64,000 nucleotides of DNA, taken from the IMG/VR virus record IMGVR_UViG_3300042564_007246; one strand, written 5' to 3'. The notes under the pieces are model-generated. The model did no database searches. It saw only the letters and a list, made by a program, of their open reading frames with translations, and was not told where the DNA came from. Below are positions 50,197 to 59,102 of the stretch, piece after piece. Made by a program: the position numbers and the translations under genes. This DNA is from an uncultured virus (IMG/VR IMGVR_UViG_3300042564_007246). Taxonomy: Duplodnaviria > Heunggongvirae > Uroviricota > Caudoviricetes. The first letter of the stretch is position 1. The number at the start of each line of letters is the position of its first letter.

Positions 50197-50909
50197 TGGC
50201 AACTTTAGATATTATTATGACTGGTTTCACAGGAAGTGATGAAATCAGAGAAATGACAGAAAGATCTATTAGATCATTGCGTGAATCTGAAGGTTCAGAA
50301 GATTTCAATATCATTTTCTTAGAATCAAATCAAGAATCAACTCACAAGTATAATGTTGATCATCAGATTCATCCAGATTTTCCATATCATTGTAATAAGT
50401 ATTACAACATTGGAATTCAATATGCAACTTCTGATTTTACAGGTATTGTAAACAATGACACTTATTTTTACAAAAACTGGTGGACAAAAATGCATGCTGC
50501 AATGGAAAAGCATTCTCTAGATTCAGCATCTCCAAGAAGTCCAGTTGAGCAGTTTGGTCTTATTGCACAATGCGAAATGAAACATAGATTTACACCTCCA
50601 ACTAGAGTGGTAGAAGGTTTTCTTGCTGCATATACTTTTTGCGGTTGGTGTTGGGTAATCCGAAAAGAAGTAAGAGAATGGCTTTTCCCAGTTGATGAGC
50701 AATTTTCATTCTACTATAATGACAATGATGTTGCGATGCATCTTAAGGATCATGGATGCAAGCATGCACTAGTTGCTGGTTCATTGGTTGAGCATTATGG
50801 ACAAAGATCACACAAGGCATTGCATGATCGTGGCGAATACTACAAGCATACTTTTGGGTTAGAAAAGAACTTTGTTGATAAGTGGAAACACATTTTCGAC
50901 AAGCTATAA
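50196..50909 (+). CDS. Glycosyltransferase family 2
   Basis: YNIG, NND, DEQF..YYNDND and HYG. Confidence 0.75.
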   Translation: MATLDIIMTGFTGSDEIREMTERSIRSLRESEGSEDFNIIFLESNQESTHKYNVDHQIHPDFPYHCNKYYNIGIQYATSDFTGIVNNDTYFYKNWWTKMHAAMEKHSLDSASPRSPVEQFGLIAQCEMKHRFTPPTRVVEGFLAAYTFCGWCWVIRKEVREWLFPVDEQFSFYYNDNDVAMHLKDHGCKHALVAGSLVEHYGQRSHKALHDRGEYYKHTFGLEKNFVDKWKHIFDKL

Positions 50910-50935
50910 AAAAACCCCCTTTTCAGGGGGTTTTT
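50910..50935. terminator. Bidirectional terminator
   Basis: aaaaaccccct-tttc-agggggttttt between convergent genes. Confidence 0.85.
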
Positions 50936-50937
50936 CT

Positions 50938-51843
50938 TTACCAGGTTGGTTTACTCAAATCAGATAAGAAGTATTCAGCTACACCCTTTGTAGTGTTGTA
51001 TTTCATAAAGTGAGCAACAATCTCACTTTGGTAATATTCATATTCTCTGTCCAAATATTTAGGTTCATTTCGGAAGAAGAATTCAATCTTTGTCATCAAA
51101 GCTTTAGGCGCTCTTGTCATAACAAATCTTGGGCTGTTAGCAATGTTCAAGAAAATTGGAACACATCCATTTCCAATAATTTCCCAATGACGAAGACAAT
51201 CCCAACCTGCCTTTGACATTGTAAATGCATATTTGGAAACTTGATAATCTTGGTAATAAGGTGCTTCGTCCTTGAAAACATATGTTTTTCGATCTCTAGG
51301 ATCAACATGTGCCATTCTCTTTTCCTTCTTTGTGTCAGTGACAACATTGAAAGTTGGAAAACCAAAACCAATTTGATTTACTTTGCCGAAGAACTGCTGA
51401 TATTCGCCGTTATTTTCCCAGATACATTCACGCTTAAAATAACGAGCGCCTTCTCTGATCAGGGGATGGAACTTAGTGTTGTCTTCACCATCTACAAAAA
51501 CAACCTTTTCCTTATCATAATGCTCTAAAACTGTTTCTAAATAATCCTGACATCGCCATACACTTCCGTATACAACATAGTCGAAGTATTTGTTTTTGAT
51601 TTTCTTTACAATATCTTCACGATCTGTATCATCAGGATCTAAAGTTCGAGTTACAGTAAATCCTTTACCATATTGATTTCGAGCTTCTTCATAAGGAAAA
51701 TCCTTGTAAATATGGATTCTTGGGTTTACATCAACTACATCTGCGCCAAAAAGTTCTTTCAATCCGATAAACAAACAGTCATCCTGGTAATCAACCATGT
51801 CAATTGGCTTACCAGCCTTTTTTGATATATAGAGAATTTTCAT
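50938..51843 (-). CDS. Putative glycosyltransferase (GT-B-like)
   Basis: VDGED, YFKRE and Y..SKYA.T..KAGWDCLRHWEII..GCVP. Confidence 0.6.
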   Translation of the reverse strand: MKILYISKKAGKPIDMVDYQDDCLFIGLKELFGADVVDVNPRIHIYKDFPYEEARNQYGKGFTVTRTLDPDDTDREDIVKKIKNKYFDYVVYGSVWRCQDYLETVLEHYDKEKVVFVDGEDNTKFHPLIREGARYFKRECIWENNGEYQQFFGKVNQIGFGFPTFNVVTDTKKEKRMAHVDPRDRKTYVFKDEAPYYQDYQVSKYAFTMSKAGWDCLRHWEIIGNGCVPIFLNIANSPRFVMTRAPKALMTKIEFFFRNEPKYLDREYEYYQSEIVAHFMKYNTTKGVAEYFLSDLSKPTW

Positions 51844-51888
51844 AAATTACCTCACACCTATTATACATTTTTTTTGTACAATTAGAGT

Positions 51889-52578
51889 ATGAAAAATGTC
51901 GATTTAGATGTTGTTATCACCACAAATTCAAAAAATAGTGATCTTTGGACCATGACTCACAATGCTATAAAGTCTTTGAGAAATTGTATTGGTGGAGAAA
52001 ATTTCAACATAATAGTTGTTGAAACAAACACTAATGCTGAAGAATTTCCAGAAGCTGATGTTACAGTCAAACCAAATGAACCATTCCAAATAAATAAATT
52101 TTACAATTTAGGAGCTGATCATTGTCAAGGCGATTATTTACTAGTAACAAACAATGATGTTTTGTATGATGAGAATTGGTGGGTTCATATGAAAAAATCA
52201 TTCATTGACAATAGTCTTGATACCGCATGTCCACAAGTGACAAATGAACAACCAGACATTTACAATAAATGGTTCAAACAAAAAAATACATTTAAAAATC
52301 TTGAAGGATACGAATGGTTCTTTGGGCAGGCATGGCTAATTACCAAAGATGTCAAAGATTGGTTATTTCCATTAGATGAAAATATTCATTTTTATTTTAA
52401 TGATGACGATATGGTAATGAGATTAAAAGAAAAAAATTGCAAACATCAGCTTGTTTACAAATCAAAAATGCAACATTTCCAAGCTAAATCACACCACATT
52501 CTTAAAGAAGAGGGAAGATACCAGCAAGTTACCTGGGGAACAAAACAATATTTTGATTCAAAATGGAACAAGTCCTAA
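51889..52578 (+). CDS. Glycosyltransferase family 2, paralogue of 50196
   Basis: NKFYNLG, NND, WLFPLDE..FYFNDDD; ATG 6 nt after TACAAT. Confidence 0.75.
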   Translation: MKNVDLDVVITTNSKNSDLWTMTHNAIKSLRNCIGGENFNIIVVETNTNAEEFPEADVTVKPNEPFQINKFYNLGADHCQGDYLLVTNNDVLYDENWWVHMKKSFIDNSLDTACPQVTNEQPDIYNKWFKQKNTFKNLEGYEWFFGQAWLITKDVKDWLFPLDENIHFYFNDDDMVMRLKEKNCKHQLVYKSKMQHFQAKSHHILKEEGRYQQVTWGTKQYFDSKWNKS

Positions 52579-53141
52579 TAATCTAAAATTGAATAACAAA
52601 TATCAACTTCATAGTCTTGGCAATGATCTACAAGTTTGTCCAATACATGAAGTTGATTCAGTACATTTTTATTCACAAAGTTTATATCGTCTGTAAAAGT
52701 CAACTTTTCTTTTGCGCTATTTATTTTATTTCTTAATGATGCTGGAAAAATGACACCTTCTTTTTTGAGATCCAAAATAAAAAGTATTGGATGAATAAAA
52801 TCTTCGCAAACTTCTACTTTCAAATCAGAGCTATTAATGTCACATGAAAATAATTGAAATTCATACGTTGTGTAGTCCAAATCAAAAATGACATAACCTT
52901 TGCAATGGTCATGGTCAAAGTTCTTTTCAAATTTGAAGCCATTTTCTTCAAGTAATCTTTCCCATTCTTTTATTGTTCTTCGATTATTTACTTCAATATT
53001 ATCTGATAATAAAACACTAGAAATAGAGTTGAATTTTGCTGGTTTTATTAATTGTGCTTTCCATAATATTGTTCCAGAAGAAACATTTGATGATTTAAGA
53101 TCTAATATTGCTGGCTTGAATAATAAATATTTGTAGTTCAT
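52575..53141 (-). CDS. Hypothetical protein
   Basis: 188-aa ORF with TATAAT just upstream. Confidence 0.5.
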   Translation of the reverse strand: MNYKYLLFKPAILDLKSSNVSSGTILWKAQLIKPAKFNSISSVLLSDNIEVNNRRTIKEWERLLEENGFKFEKNFDHDHCKGYVIFDLDYTTYEFQLFSCDINSSDLKVEVCEDFIHPILFILDLKKEGVIFPASLRNKINSAKEKLTFTDDINFVNKNVLNQLHVLDKLVDHCQDYEVDICYSILDY

Positions 53142-53163
53142 TTACTCTTATTATAAAAGAGTA

Positions 53164-53622
53164 TTAATCTATTTTGTAAGTTTCATCAAATTCTTGTCTG
53201 GCTATTCTGTAAACTTCACTAAAATTGGGACATGGAGATACAATCATGTCTCCAGTTTTCAAAACCATATTTCTACCCCAAGAAGCTACAAACTCCATAT
53301 CGCTTCCTTGGTATACAGTCGCTCTCACTTTGCCCTTAGGTTTTAAGATATGTCCATTTTCAGTTTGATATAAAAAATCGTATCTCTGAATACACATTTC
53401 TTCTGTAACAATATATTCTTCTTGAGATTGAGTATTGAGATTTTTAAGCACAAAATCACCTTCTTTAGCATAGTTTGTTGTTTCTAAACCATCTGAAGTC
53501 CAAGTTTCTATAAACTCTCCAGATGCAGCTTTTCTAGCATAAACTAAAGAAGTCTTAGAATATATCTTTCCCTGAGATTCTATACAGGGGAAAAACATTT
53601 CATAGGCTTCTTTTTGGTTCAT
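53164..53622 (-). CDS. PGDYG-like tandem-repeat protein
   Basis: Two internal repeats: A.EGDFVL...EEY.V......RY and L.TGDMIV...EVY.I...EF..TY. Confidence 0.5.
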   Translation of the reverse strand: MNQKEAYEMFFPCIESQGKIYSKTSLVYARKAASGEFIETWTSDGLETTNYAKEGDFVLKNLNTQSQEEYIVTEEMCIQRYDFLYQTENGHILKPKGKVRATVYQGSDMEFVASWGRNMVLKTGDMIVSPCPNFSEVYRIARQEFDETYKID

Positions 53623-53670
53623 ACAGTATATATTCTAATAAGAAGATTCTATTTCTTATGAGGTTACATT

Positions 53671-54036
53671 GTGAATTCTAAATTATTATTTAAAATAATC
53701 AAAACAGCAAATGCATTAGACATTTTTGAAGAGTATGATGCAGCAAATTGTTTAACAAAAATAGCTACTAAAATTGCTCAAATGGATTTAAAAGATGAAA
53801 ATTCATTTTCAGAATGTGATAGCTTGATGTACGATCCTTTAATGACTAGATACAAAATGATGCTTGAAGAAGACTCAAATAATATTGATCAGGAAATTGA
53901 ACAAAAATTAATCATTAAAATAAACAATTGTTTATTTGGAACAAGATTAGATGGCAAAGGGGAATATGTTCTCAAGGATTTACTAAATGATAAATATGGA
54001 ACAAAATACTCAACAATTTTAGAAAATATAGAATAA
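53671..54036 (+). CDS. Hypothetical protein with shared N-terminal leader
   Basis: ANALDIFEEYDAANCLTKIATKIAQ; GAGG SD with GTG start. Confidence 0.6.
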   Translation: MNSKLLFKIIKTANALDIFEEYDAANCLTKIATKIAQMDLKDENSFSECDSLMYDPLMTRYKMMLEEDSNNIDQEIEQKLIIKINNCLFGTRLDGKGEYVLKDLLNDKYGTKYSTILENIE

Positions 54037-54037
54037 C

Positions 54038-54064
54038 AAAAAACCCTCGCATTGCGGGGGTTTT
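54038..54064 (+). terminator. Intrinsic terminator
   Basis: aaaaccctcgc-att-gcgggggtttt. Confidence 0.75.
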
Positions 54065-54101
54065 ATTGTTTTAAATAGAATATTTCAAATAGAGGAAATC
54101 T

Positions 54102-54251
54102 ATGAAAAGTAAAATTTCTGCATTGGATATTATTGTTTGTTCAGTGGTTTTAGTAACAATGATTTTGATATTTGTTCCTTTTTATTTGTATTCAAAAACA
54201 ATGAATCATAAGCCAAATTATAATTACAAAAATTTGAAACTTCATAAATAA
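54102..54251 (+). CDS. Small single-pass membrane protein (49 aa)
   Basis: Not in ORF track. GAGG SD; MKSKISALDIIVCSVVLVTMILIFVPFYLY... Confidence 0.5.
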   Translation: MKSKISALDIIVCSVVLVTMILIFVPFYLYSKTMNHKPNYNYKNLKLHK

Positions 54252-54262
54252 AAAGACCCTGA

Positions 54263-54826
54263 TTATTCAGGGTCTTCATCAAATGTAAGTTTTTGTTGTC
54301 CAGACTTCAAGTCATTAAGTTGCTGAGAATTATCAAATCCATGTTTGAAAATATTTCTTGCAGATTTCATATCTTCTTTTGATAAATCAAGCTTTGCAAA
54401 TTTCATAAATGCTTGAAATCTTTCTTCAATTTCATCATCAGTATAAATTGAATTATGGATAGTAAACATACCACTATCCATACCTAAACCATAAGATTCA
54501 GGTCCAAAATTAAATTTATCATATAGCAAGCCTCTATATGAACCATTATCTTTAAAATAGTTTTCAAAGATAACATTTGTAATATAAAAGAATAAAAGTA
54601 GTTGATTATCAGTCTCTAAAGAATCATAATATTCTTTGGCTTTTTGCTTATATTGTTCTCTAACTTGTTCTTCTATTTGTAATAGTTCTTTATGTTCATC
54701 TGAATTTGACCATTCAGTGTATGAATTATAAGTTTTGCCGTTTATTTTAAATGGTTTACTCATTGGATTACCTGTGCTTTCACGAATAGAATCTTCTTTA
54801 CGTTGTTTGACTTCTTCCCATGTCAT
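54263..54826 (-). CDS. Hypothetical protein
   Basis: 187-aa ORF containing GSYRGLLYDKFNFGPESY. Confidence 0.55.
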   Translation of the reverse strand: MTWEEVKQRKEDSIRESTGNPMSKPFKINGKTYNSYTEWSNSDEHKELLQIEEQVREQYKQKAKEYYDSLETDNQLLLFFYITNVIFENYFKDNGSYRGLLYDKFNFGPESYGLGMDSGMFTIHNSIYTDDEIEERFQAFMKFAKLDLSKEDMKSARNIFKHGFDNSQQLNDLKSGQQKLTFDEDPE

Positions 54827-54830
54827 AGTA

Positions 54831-55448
54831 TCACACTTTTGCCACTAATGATTCAATGTTATTCAAATCTGTATATGGAATATCCCAGTTCCAAAATTCC
54901 ATTCCAGGCATTCTTGCTTTCTTGAAATAGGACTCGTTTATTAATGCTTTTTCAAAAAACCCCATGACAGCAATTTTAGCAAATTTATTTATTCTATCCT
55001 CATTAACAACATATGCTGCAATGTAAATATCATTGTTTAGCTTAAGACGAATGTTCTGATTGCCCCATTTTGTAGCAACAATTAAAAGTGCTCCATGTGA
55101 TGTAGTGGCAGTTTTTACATCTGTTGGCAAGCCATTTATAATAAAATCTGTTTTATCTCCACCTTTTTTATAAGTAATATTCATGGAAAGATCAAGTATT
55201 TTAGCCACAGCCATCTCTCCAAGACATCCACTTCTTTCTGCTTTACAAGGATCTTTGGAATTATTAATCATCCCTCTTCCATAAATCCCACCCTTTTCTC
55301 GTGCCCACATTATTTCGCCAAAATCTTCACACACTTTGTATTCAGTGGGATTAATATCAACAACAGCTGCATGAATATTTGTTTCTAAAACTTTGAAAGG
55401 AATTGATTCAAAGTTTAAATTGCACACTTCGGGTTTATAAAGGTTCAT
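54831..55448 (-). CDS. PD-(D/E)xK-type endonuclease-like protein
   Basis: GCLGEMAV...DF......DVKT. ATG 55448 lies 6 nt after TGGTATAAT. Confidence 0.55.
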   Translation of the reverse strand: MNLYKPEVCNLNFESIPFKVLETNIHAAVVDINPTEYKVCEDFGEIMWAREKGGIYGRGMINNSKDPCKAERSGCLGEMAVAKILDLSMNITYKKGGDKTDFIINGLPTDVKTATTSHGALLIVATKWGNQNIRLKLNNDIYIAAYVVNEDRINKFAKIAVMGFFEKALINESYFKKARMPGMEFWNWDIPYTDLNNIESLVAKV

Positions 55449-55455
55449 GATTATA

Positions 55456-55698
55456 TTATACCAACGAAGTAAGTATATAGACAACATGGACACATTCAGC
55501 TTCTTCTTTTCGCAATGCAATATAGTAACCTCTTATGAAAATTTCGACAGGACCATTATGCATTAAATTTCTTACAACTCTAACTTCTGTGTCTTTAGTA
55601 AAACCTAGTTCTGATAATCTTCCTCTTGAAGTTCCAGTTACATTTACAACTTTGTAAATATACTTTGAACTTGCACAACAAAGTTTCGTTGAATTCAT
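55456..55698 (-). CDS. feoA: FeoA (SH3-like) domain protein
   Basis: RLSELGF...EVRVVR....GPVEI.IRG..IALRKEEA..V.V is the FeoA signature. Confidence 0.85.
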   Translation of the reverse strand: MNSTKLCCASSKYIYKVVNVTGTSRGRLSELGFTKDTEVRVVRNLMHNGPVEIFIRGYYIALRKEEAECVHVVYILTSLV

Positions 55699-55756
55699 AT
55701 CATAGTATTCTCAAATTCATTATGTATTATCTTCTGAAAAATGTATAAAATACAAT

Positions 55757-56308
55757 ATGAATGGAAACTCAATTTTTTTTGAAGGTCGATATACGCCTTA
55801 TTACAATATAATTATCAATATTGCACAATCAGTAGGATGTGAAAATTTTTTAGAGCTAGGTTTAGCTAATGGTGTAAATCACATGTTTATGCGTAATTTT
55901 ATACCAAATTGTGTAGGTGTTGATATGTCTAAAGGATTTGAAGGTGATATTCCTAGATTTTATCAAATGACAACTGATGAGTTCTTTAAGCAAAATACAG
56001 AAAAATTCGACATTATTTTTATCGATGCTTGTCATAAATTTGATCAAGTAAAAATAGATTTTGAAAACTCTTTGAAATGTCTAGAAGACCGTGGAATTAT
56101 TATCTTTCATGACACAGATCCATTCGATGCGCATATGCTAGATGATTCTTTTTCGTCAGACTCATATAAAATCGCTAATTATGTAAGAAAAGAGCATCCA
56201 GAATTAGATTTTATCACTCTACCTGTAAGTAGTATGGGATTAAGCATGTGCAACAGAAGAGATGACGCAAGGCATTTAAAGTTTACTAAACTTACATTTA
56301 ATATTTAG
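55757..56308 (+). CDS. Class I SAM-dependent methyltransferase
   Basis: FLELG...G, FDIIFIDACH and GIIIFHD. Confidence 0.85.
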   Translation: MNGNSIFFEGRYTPYYNIIINIAQSVGCENFLELGLANGVNHMFMRNFIPNCVGVDMSKGFEGDIPRFYQMTTDEFFKQNTEKFDIIFIDACHKFDQVKIDFENSLKCLEDRGIIIFHDTDPFDAHMLDDSFSSDSYKIANYVRKEHPELDFITLPVSSMGLSMCNRRDDARHLKFTKLTFNI

Positions 56309-56310
56309 CT

Positions 56311-56336
56311 ATAAGGAGCCTTTCAAGGCTCCTTAT
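56311..56336. terminator. Terminator hairpin between convergent genes
   Basis: ataaggagcct-ttca-aggctccttat. Confidence 0.8.
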
Positions 56337-56470
56337 TTATTTAACTTTAGATCGTCCTTCACTGAATGCTTCATCAATTCTGAAAAAACTTGATCTCGTG
56401 TAAAAATATATATCTTATCTAAAAAATAAAACCAATCATTCTCGATATTGAGAACTTCTTGTAACTTCAT
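56333..56470 (-). CDS. Small hypothetical protein (45 aa)
   Basis: Not in ORF track. MKLQEVLNIENDWFYFL...; starts 2 nt after the previous stop. Confidence 0.4.
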   Translation of the reverse strand: MKLQEVLNIENDWFYFLDKIYIFTRDQVFSELMKHSVKDDLKLNK

Positions 56471-56472
56471 TG

Positions 56473-56904
56473 TTACCACCAAAGGTCGAACCAGATTTCT
56501 CCTAATATTGCTGCAGCCTTTTTAAGATTGCTTACTCTTTCTTTCTCTAGCTCTAAGGAAACTTCTTCATTTTCACCATTATAATATTCTTGAAATGATT
56601 TAAGGATGAAGTTTAGTTTTTCGTTAAAAGATTCTTCAGTTTCACCACTAGGGAATCCATTATTAAGTTGAATAAATCTTTCTAATCTTGGAATTAAGAA
56701 TAAGGCTAAAGTCTTATCTAAATGCCAAGTTTCAGTATCATCAAATCCCCTTTCATCCCTTTGCTTTTTATATTTCTCAAGTTTTTCGGGCTCATTTGGA
56801 TAAACTTCTTGAGCAATACTAAAGTTGTTTTTTTCTGTAGTCGTAGATGATTGCAAGCAATCTTTTGATTTCTTCTGGGTTGATTTTGATTTGTTTTGGT
56901 TCAT
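56473..56904 (-). CDS. Conserved hypothetical phage protein
   Basis: GFDDTETWHLD...IPRL..F and C-terminal FDLWW. Confidence 0.55.
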   Translation of the reverse strand: MNQNKSKSTQKKSKDCLQSSTTTEKNNFSIAQEVYPNEPEKLEKYKKQRDERGFDDTETWHLDKTLALFLIPRLERFIQLNNGFPSGETEESFNEKLNFILKSFQEYYNGENEEVSLELEKERVSNLKKAAAILGEIWFDLWW

Positions 56905-56909
56905 CTTGG

Positions 56910-57101
56910 TTACTCATTCTCTATCTTTTCAACTTTTTTATAATAATCCATTGCATTTCTCAATGACCATATGGCAAATGCGCCAAGAAGAAAATCACCT
57001 GGCAATGTATTGTAAGTGCGCCATGTATACAAAACTATCAAAATACAAATGGTGTTCCATCCTAATCCTGCAGCTTTATTGTCATCAATTTTATTTTCCA
57101 T
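56910..57101 (-). CDS. Small membrane protein
   Basis: Two hydrophobic segments; TGTGATATCAT 7 nt upstream of the ATG. Confidence 0.55.
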   Translation of the reverse strand: MENKIDDNKAAGLGWNTICILIVLYTWRTYNTLPGDFLLGAFAIWSLRNAMDYYKKVEKIENE

Positions 57102-57120
57102 AATACTTATGATATCACAA

Positions 57121-57148
57121 AAAAAGAAGGCTGTAAAGCCTTCTTTTT
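57121..57148. terminator. Intrinsic terminator
   Basis: aaaaagaaggct-gtaa-agccttcttttt. Confidence 0.85.
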
Positions 57149-57150
57149 AT

Positions 57151-57390
57151 CTAGTGGAATTCTTGGAAATAAGGACATTTTTGATAGCCAGAACCATCTC
57201 TGACCCATCCATTTCCTTTACATTTATTTTTGCCTTTTCCTAAGCATTCACAAACTCCAATTGGATTTCCATTTCTTATGATAATATTATCGATTTTTGC
57301 TTGTTCTTCTTGAGTAAGATTAAGAAATTCTTCTACTGATCCTACTTTGAATCCAGCATTTTCCAATCGATTTTTCTTATCTTCATCCAT
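57151..57390 (-). CDS. XRE/HigA antitoxin-like N-terminus fused to a Cys-rich tail
   Basis: MDEDKKNRLENAGFKVGSVEEFLNLTQEE followed by CEC...C.G.G...CP; no HTH. Confidence 0.45.
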   Translation of the reverse strand: MDEDKKNRLENAGFKVGSVEEFLNLTQEEQAKIDNIIIRNGNPIGVCECLGKGKNKCKGNGWVRDGSGYQKCPYFQEFH

Positions 57391-57613
57391 TATTGAATCT
57401 TTCAAACCGCTTTTCAATTTGAAATTTTTCATCGAGAGGTAATACAAGCAAATCAGAAACTTGCCAATCATTAAGTGTTTGCTTATTGATGACAGTTTTA
57501 AATTCTAAATTACCATCAACCAATCGCCAATATTTCACAACATTCCCATTTGTATGTGAAACTTCAGAACCTTGTTTCAACTCATAAAACAAATCAAAAT
57601 TTATATTAAACAT
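57383..57613 (-). CDS. Small hypothetical protein, paralogue of 59557
   Basis: ELKQG...WRL....L......W....LLVLP. Confidence 0.5.
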   Translation of the reverse strand: MFNINFDLFYELKQGSEVSHTNGNVVKYWRLVDGNLEFKTVINKQTLNDWQVSDLLVLPLDEKFQIEKRFERFNNG

Positions 57614-57620
57614 AATTATC

Positions 57621-58025
57621 CTAATCTTCCTCTTCGTTATCAGAATCTTCTAGTGCTGCAGCTAAATCTGCAGGCACTACATCCCACATAAAACCTTTGT
57701 CTTCGAGAGTGTCTGTGTTCCAAGGTTCTAATTCTTCAAGCCAAACACGATAATCTTCATAAGTATCATCATATTCGTCTTGCAAAGTTTCAAAATCTAG
57801 TGAATATTCTTTACCATAAAACTTCATTGCTTTGTCAAAAATACTGCAATCGCAATCAATTTCAAGATAAGCATAACCTTCTTCATTCAAAGGTGTTCTA
57901 CCAGTTCCAAGATATGAAAAATCACTAATGATTTCAATAAGATTTAAGTCATTGATAAGTTCAAGATCAACTTTCCAGTAATCATGACGATAGCAATCAA
58001 TTGTTTGAATTGTAATTTTTTCCAT
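57621..58025 (-). CDS. Acidic hypothetical protein
   Basis: ISDFSY...AYLEIDCD..F motif; GAGGA SD. Confidence 0.55.
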   Translation of the reverse strand: MEKITIQTIDCYRHDYWKVDLELINDLNLIEIISDFSYLGTGRTPLNEEGYAYLEIDCDCSIFDKAMKFYGKEYSLDFETLQDEYDDTYEDYRVWLEELEPWNTDTLEDKGFMWDVVPADLAAALEDSDNEEED

Positions 58026-58107
58026 AATTATTTCCTCTTATTTTTCTGAAACTTCTGAATCTTAGTCAGCAGTAATATCAATGTCAAAAGATAAATTTAA
58101 TTTGTAT

Positions 58108-58338
58108 TTAGCCATTGATTACCTCCCAATCATCATCTTTCATAATATCATGAAAGATTTCTTGAAGTTTGTATTGAGCCTCTTGTGGTGAATCAACATT
58201 TCTTAAATACATCCAACAAAGAGCTGGTGAATAATGAACCCAAGTGCCTACGTATTCAATATAAGCACCAGGAGACCATTTAAGCATACGGATTTTCTTG
58301 CCTTGTTTCAGCAATTGTAATGCTTCTAATCCACTCAT
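58108..58338 (-). CDS. Tad2/DUF2829-like protein, array member 6
   Basis: MSGLEALQLLKQGKKIRMLKW...DIMKDDDWEV. Confidence 0.6.
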   Translation of the reverse strand: MSGLEALQLLKQGKKIRMLKWSPGAYIEYVGTWVHYSPALCWMYLRNVDSPQEAQYKLQEIFHDIMKDDDWEVING

Positions 58339-58634
58339 TATCCATCTACCTTTTTGTTATCGTCAACAGTATCTTCTGTATCCCAATAATCAATGTCCCA
58401 ATCATCAGCAATAACATCACCAGGTACTAAATCAAGACCCACTGATGCCAATTCATATTTACTTCCAATTTCATCTGGTTCATCTAGATGATATACAGAC
58501 ACAAAAAAATTGTCATGATATACATACACAAAACAATTGTCATCTTTGTCGTAATACATATATTTTTGTTCCCAGGCAGCTCTTGTGATTGGTTTGCCTT
58601 CCATTAAAGCATCTAATACTTCAGATAATTTCAT
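58338..58634 (-). CDS. Tad2/DUF2829-like protein, array member 5
   Basis: MKLSEVLDALMEGKPITRAAW...DVIADDWDI; start at the ATGA overlap, 58634. Confidence 0.65.
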   Translation of the reverse strand: MKLSEVLDALMEGKPITRAAWEQKYMYYDKDDNCFVYVYHDNFFVSVYHLDEPDEIGSKYELASVGLDLVPGDVIADDWDIDYWDTEDTVDDNKKVDG

Positions 58635-58840
58635 TCTAATATCTCCCAATCATCACTCAAAAATTCAGTAGCATCAACAACTCTATTAGTCCAAATAAGT
58701 CTTCCGCCAAAGCCCCATCTAATTTCATTGTGTCGATCTATAGCTCCGAGCATCTGAAACAAATACTCACCTTTTTTCCAATGAAGCCTTCGTACTTGAT
58801 AACCTTTACGAATTGCTTTAAGTGCTTTTATTCCAGTCAT
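58631..58840 (-). CDS. Tad2/DUF2829-like protein, array member 4
   Basis: MTGIKALKAIRKGYQVRRLHW...EFLSDDWEILE. Confidence 0.65.
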   Translation of the reverse strand: MTGIKALKAIRKGYQVRRLHWKKGEYLFQMLGAIDRHNEIRWGFGGRLIWTNRVVDATEFLSDDWEILE

Positions 58841-59102
58841 TCTACTATCTCCCAATCATCCATTAGAAAGTCATCTAATATCTCGTCTGTCAGGAGTACT
58901 GTATCTTCTAGATGATGTAAATCTTCTCCACGATATTGATTGTATTTTGGTGAAGGGGCAATTTTACATCCATCACGAGTCACATAAGTCGCTAAATACT
59001 CGCCATCACGCCAGTGCTTACGCTTGACTTTTTTGTTTTCTCTTAGTGCTATTAGTGCTTCGAATCCAGTCATTCCACTATCTCCCAATCATCCATTAGA
59101 AA
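58832..59102. repeat. 38-bp direct repeat at gene junctions (58832-58869 and 59065-59102)
   Basis: tccagtcattc(t/c)actatctcccaatcatccattagaaa, 37/38 identical. Shorter copies occur near 58631 and 59311. Confidence 0.9.
58837..59073 (-). CDS. Tad2/DUF2829-like protein, array member 3
   Basis: MTGFEALIALRENKKVKRKHW...DFLMDDWEIVE. Confidence 0.65.
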   Translation of the reverse strand: MTGFEALIALRENKKVKRKHWRDGEYLATYVTRDGCKIAPSPKYNQYRGEDLHHLEDTVLLTDEILDDFLMDDWEIVE

